From the human T2T-CHM13v2.0 reference genome, Homo sapiens, in the NCBI RefSeq assembly GCF_009914755.1, contig NC_060948.1: a stretch of 64,000 bases of DNA; one strand, given 5' to 3'. Made by a program: the position numbers and the translations under genes. The notes beneath the pieces were generated by a model, which was not told the origin of the DNA, did no database searches, and saw nothing but the letters and a program-made list of their open reading frames with translations. Shown piece by piece: positions 57,501 to 64,000 of the stretch (the stretch's first letter is position 1; every line of letters begins with the position of its first letter).

Positions 57501-59628
57501 AGATCCATATTTTTTAAATGAAAAAAAATTTCAAAGGTACTCTGCTTGGTACAATAATCAAATGTATAAACTGAGGAATAAAACATAACCATGAAACCTA
57601 CTTATAACTGCATATGGAAAATACAGAGGATAATTTTTTAAATAACATATTTTGAAAGCCTTAACTAGTAATTTGAAGAGTTGGCATTTGTAAGGCCAGT
57701 ATGAATATACCTTCAATGCAGCAACACATGTTCCCCATGAGAAAAAGCAAACTCAGGGAAAATAAAACCACAAAGGTTCAATCTCTTCTGACCTTTGAAA
57801 GACACAGCACAGACAGTGGTCCTTAGGACGAAGAGCAGGAGACCCCTAATTCCGTCACCATGGCGATAGGGCATAAACATTGCTGGGTGAGGGCACAATC
57901 CACATTGTGAGGTCCAACTGCTGCCAGGAAGACAGGAGTGCTTTTACATAGACCAAAAGGTCATTGAAGGCTCAGAGTTTTGTTTCAAGAACTGAATCCC
58001 AAGCCCACACGTTATTAGGCTGCGCTTCTTAAAACAAGTTATGAGATGGGAAAAAGGGCACCCACAAACATACGTATACATCATGTATATAATAATATAC
58101 AGTATCATATATAAAATATGTATAACCTATGTATAATATTGTTTTACATCCTGCATCTTATATTATATATATTGTATAAAATATAATAATTGATAATATA
58201 TAAGTTTTATATTTATACAATATTACATATAGTATATATTATACTTTATGACATATATAATATATGTTATATATCATATATAGAATATATTATACGGTTA
58301 ATATACGTATTAAATATAAATTATACATTATATATATTATATAAAATATATCTGTTATATATAATACCCATTATGCATAATATATATATTATGTCTATGT
58401 TATATATAGTATAAAACAACATATAATAATATATAATTGTATATATAAAATGCGACATATAATATATATTATATTTTATGACATATGTAATATATATTAT
58501 ATATTATATATAATACGTTGTATGTATAATACCTATGTTAAATATATATTATATGACTATGTTATTAATTACATGTCACATATGTTATATATTATATATT
58601 TTACATAGAATATACCGGTTACATACAATATATACTATGTTACCTATAATGTATAATTGATTACATGTAAAATAAAGAATGCAATATATTATGTATAATT
58701 TATAATATACAATATGTGGAATGTGATATATATAACATATAATATATGATATATGATATACAGTATATGATATATAACATACAATATATGATACCTAATA
58801 TATATGGTATACAATATATATTTTAAGATATGTATTCTATATGTTTTATATTCTGTTATATATAACTATTTGAAATTATATAGAACTGTATAATATTTTA
58901 TGTAAATATGTAATATAATATATATAACTATATAATATATTATATATAACTATATATTATGTTATATATACTTTTATAACATAATTTACATAAAATGTCA
59001 TAATATAATATATATTATATTATTTCACATTACATAATATATATTACATATCACCCAATATAAGTAACATACATAATATTATAATATAGATTATATTATG
59101 TTATATTAAATATCATATATATCATGTATCATATATTCTATAATATATATTACACATTATATAATATGTATGTTGTCTATTTTGTGATATATAAAACTAT
59201 ATATATAATTATATTATTATACATATAACTAGATAAACATGTAATTCTACATATTTTCATTTGTAATATATAGAATTATATAATCATATATAATTATTTA
59301 TATTCTATAAAAAATTATATCATTATATAAATTATAATATAAAAAAATTATAATATGTACTACAAATATACATATTATATATCATATATGATATAGTACC
59401 TTTGTTATATATCATAATACATATAAATGTGTATTATGTTATCTATAATTATATAATTTCATATATAAGATGTATAATATGTATTATATATTGTCTATGT
59501 TATGTAATATATATAGTATATGTAAGCTGACACAGAATAAATATTATATACTACGACATATAAAATATATGAGGTTATATGTTACATATAAGGCATAGCA
59601 CATAACATGTAATATATATCATATATAA

Positions 59629-59920
<292 letters not shown>

Positions 59921-62047
59921 AGATCCATATTTTTTAAATGAAAAAAAATTTCAAAGGTACTCTGCTTGGTACAATAATCAAATGTATAAACTGAGGAATA
60001 AAACATAACCATGAAACCTACTTATAACTGCATATGGAAAATACAGAGGATAATTTTTTAAATAACATATTTTGAAAGCCTTAACTAGTAATTTGAAGAG
60101 TTGGCATTTGAAAGGCCAGTATGAATATACCTTCAAAGCAGCAACACAGGTTCCCCATGAGAAAAAGCAAACTCAGGGAAAATAAAACCACAAAGGTTCA
60201 ATCTCTTCTGACCTTTGAAAGACACAGCACAGACAGTGGTCCTTAGGACGAAGAGCAGGAGACCCCTAATTCCGTCACCATGGCGATAGGGCATAAACAT
60301 TGCTGGGTGAGGGCACAATCCACATTGAGAGGTCCAACTGCTGCCAGGAAGACGGGAGTGCTTTTACATAGACCGAAATGTCATTGAAGGCTCAGAGTTT
60401 TGTTTCAAGAACTGAATCCCAAGCCCACACGTTAGTAGGCTGCGCTTCTTAAAACAAGTTATTAGATGGGAAAAAGGGCACCCACAAACATACGTATACA
60501 TTATGTATATAATAATATACAGTATCATATATATAATATATATAACCTATGTATAATATTGTTTTACATCCTGCATCTTATATTATATATATTGTATAAA
60601 ATATAAAATTCATAATACATAACGTTTATATTTATAAAATATGACATATAGTATATATTATAATTTATGACATATATAATATATGTTATATATCATATAT
60701 AGAATATATTATACGGTTAATATACATATTAAATATAAATTATACATTATATATATTATATAAAATATATCTGTTATATATAATACCCTTTATGCATAAT
60801 ATATATATTATGTCTATGTTATATATAGTATAAAACAACATATAATAATATATAATTGTATATATAAAATGCGACATATAATATATATTATATTTTATGA
60901 CATATGTAATATATATTATATATTATATATAATACGTTGTATGTATAATACCTATATTAAATATATATTATATGACTATGTTATTAATTACATGTCACAT
61001 ATGTTATATATTATATATTTTACATAGAATATACCGGTTACATACAATATATACTATGTTACCTATAATGTATAATTGATTACATGTAAAATAAAGAATG
61101 CAATATATTATGTATAATTTATAATATACAATATGTGGAATGTGATATATATAACATATAATATATGATATATGATATACAGTATATGATATATAACACA
61201 CAATATATGATACCTAATATATATGGTATACAATATATATTTTATGATATGTATTCTGTATGTTTTATATTCTGTTATATATAACTATTTGAAATTATAT
61301 ATAACTGTATAATATTTTATGTAAATATGTAATAAAATATATATAACTATATAATATATTATATATAACTATATATTATGTTATATATACTTTTATAACA
61401 TAATTTACATTAAATATCATAATATAATATATATTATATTATTTCACATTACATAATATATATTACATATCACCCAATATAAGTAGCATACATAATATTA
61501 TAATATAGATTATATTATGTTATATTAAATATCATATATATCATGTATCATATATTCTATAATATATATTACACATTATATAATATGTATGTTGTCTATT
61601 ATGTGATATATATAACTATATATATAATTATATTATTATACATATAACTAGATAAACATGAAATTCTACATATTTTCATTTATAATATATAGAATTATAT
61701 AATCATATATAATTATTTATATTCTATAAAAAATTATATCATTATATAAATTATAATATATAAAAATTATAATATGTACTACAAATATATATATTATATA
61801 TCATATATGATATAGTACCTTTGTTATATATCATAATACATATAAATGTGTATTATGTTATCTACAATTATATAATTTCATATATAAGATATATAATATG
61901 TATTATATATTGTATATGTTATGTAATATATATAGTATATATAAGCTGACACAGGATAAATATTATATACTATGACATATAAAATATATGAGGTTATATG
62001 TTACATATAAGGCATAGCACATAACATGTAATATATATCATATATAA

Positions 62048-62339
<292 letters not shown>

Positions 62340-64000
62340 AGATCCATATTTTGTAAATGGAAAACAATTTCAAAAGTACTCTGCTTGGTACAATAATCAA
62401 ATGTATAAACTGAGGAATGAAACATAACCATGAAACCTACTTATAACTGCATATGGAAAATACTGAGGATAATTTTTTAAATAACATATTTTGAAAGCCT
62501 TAACTAGTAATTTGAAGAGTTGGCATTTGAAAGGCCAGTATGAATATACCTTCAAAGCAGCAACACAGGTTCCCCATGAGAAAAAGCAAACTCAGGGAAA
62601 ATAAAACCACAAAGGTTCAATCTCTTCTGACCTTTGAAAGACACAGCACAGACAGTGGTCCTTAGGACGAAGAGCAGGAGACCCCTAATTCCGTCACCAT
62701 GGTGATAGGACATAAACATTGCTGGGTGAGGGCACAATCCACATTGTGAGGTCCAACTGCTACCAGGAAGACAGGACTGCTTTTACATAGACCGAAAGGT
62801 CATTGAAGGCTCAGAGTTTTGTTTCAAGAACTGAATCCCAAGCCCACATGTTATTAGGCTGCGCTTCTTAAAACAAGTTATTAGATGGGAAAAAGGGCAC
62901 CCACAAACATACGTATACATTATGTATATAATAATATACAGTATCATATATATAATATATATAACCTATGTATAATATTGTTTTACATCCTGCATCTTAT
63001 ATTATATATATTGTCTAAAATATAATAATTGATAATATATAAGTTTTATATTTATACAATATGACATATAGTATATAGTATAATTTATGACATATATAAT
63101 ATATGTTATATATCATATATAGAATATATTATACGGTTAATATACGTATTAAATATAAATTATACATTCTATATATTATATATAATATATCTGTTATATA
63201 TAATACCCATTATGCATAATATATATATTATGTCTATGTTATATATAGTATAAAACAACATATAATAATATATAATTGTATATATAAAATGCGACATATA
63301 ATATATATTTTATTTTATGACATATATAATATATATTATATATTATATATAATATGTTGTATGTATAATACCTATATTAAATATATATTATATGACTATG
63401 TTATTAATTACATGTCACATATGTTATATATTATATATTTTACATAGAATATACCGGTTACATACAATTTATACTATGTTACCTATAATGTATAATTGAT
63501 TACATGTAAAATAAAGAATGCAATATATTATGTATAATTTATAATATACAATATGTGGAATGTGATATATATAACATATAATATATGATGTATGATATAC
63601 AGTATATGATATATAACATACAATATATGATACCTAATATATATGGTATAAAATATATATTTTATGATATGTATTCTATATGTTTTATATTCTGTTATAT
63701 ATAACTATTTGAAATTATATATAACTGTATATTTTATGTAAATATGTAATATAATATATATAACTATATAATATATTATATATAATTATATATTATGTTA
63801 TATATACTTTTATAACATAATTTACATAAAATGTCATAATATAATATATATTATATTATTTCACATTACATAATATATATTACATATCACCCAATATAAG
63901 TAACATACATAATATTATAATATAGATTATATTATGTTATATTAAATATCATATATATCATGTATCATATATTCTATAATATATATTACACATTATATAA

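Overview
The whole window is one uninterrupted head-to-tail tandem array of a ~2.42-kb composite unit: 26 complete units of 2413-2422 bp, plus a partial 27th. Each unit has three parts: (i) ~1.55 kb of extremely AT-rich low-complexity sequence, (ii) a minus-strand, slightly 5'-truncated, diverged Alu with an internal 16-bp duplication, and (iii) ~570 bp of HSATI-like sequence. This architecture, the period and a predicted 2146-bp HaeIII fragment match human DYZ2 / HSat1B, most likely from Yq12 heterochromatin. I see no credible gene, RNA gene, CRISPR array, inversion or DYZ1 (HSat3) junction; all listed ORFs are repeat artefacts. I do not find a new gene-based system. The real signal is internal array history read from shared variants: two unit families, recent single-unit tandem duplications, long-range block copies (about 31.4, 33.9 and 43.5 kb apart), chimeric units with mappable switch points, and a recurring A-B-C-D order that suggests an incipient ~4-unit higher-order repeat. 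Unit starts (ACAAGTTATGAGATGG phase): U1 1, U2 2421, U3 4840, U4 7259, U5 9678, U6 12100, U7 14513, U8 16930, U9 19347, U10 21761, U11 24178, U12 26595, U13 29015, U14 31434, U15 33849, U16 36266, U17 38686, U18 41102, U19 43522, U20 45939, U21 48356, U22 50776, U23 53195, U24 55617, U25 58034, U26 60454, U27 62873. All comparisons were made by eye, not by alignment software.
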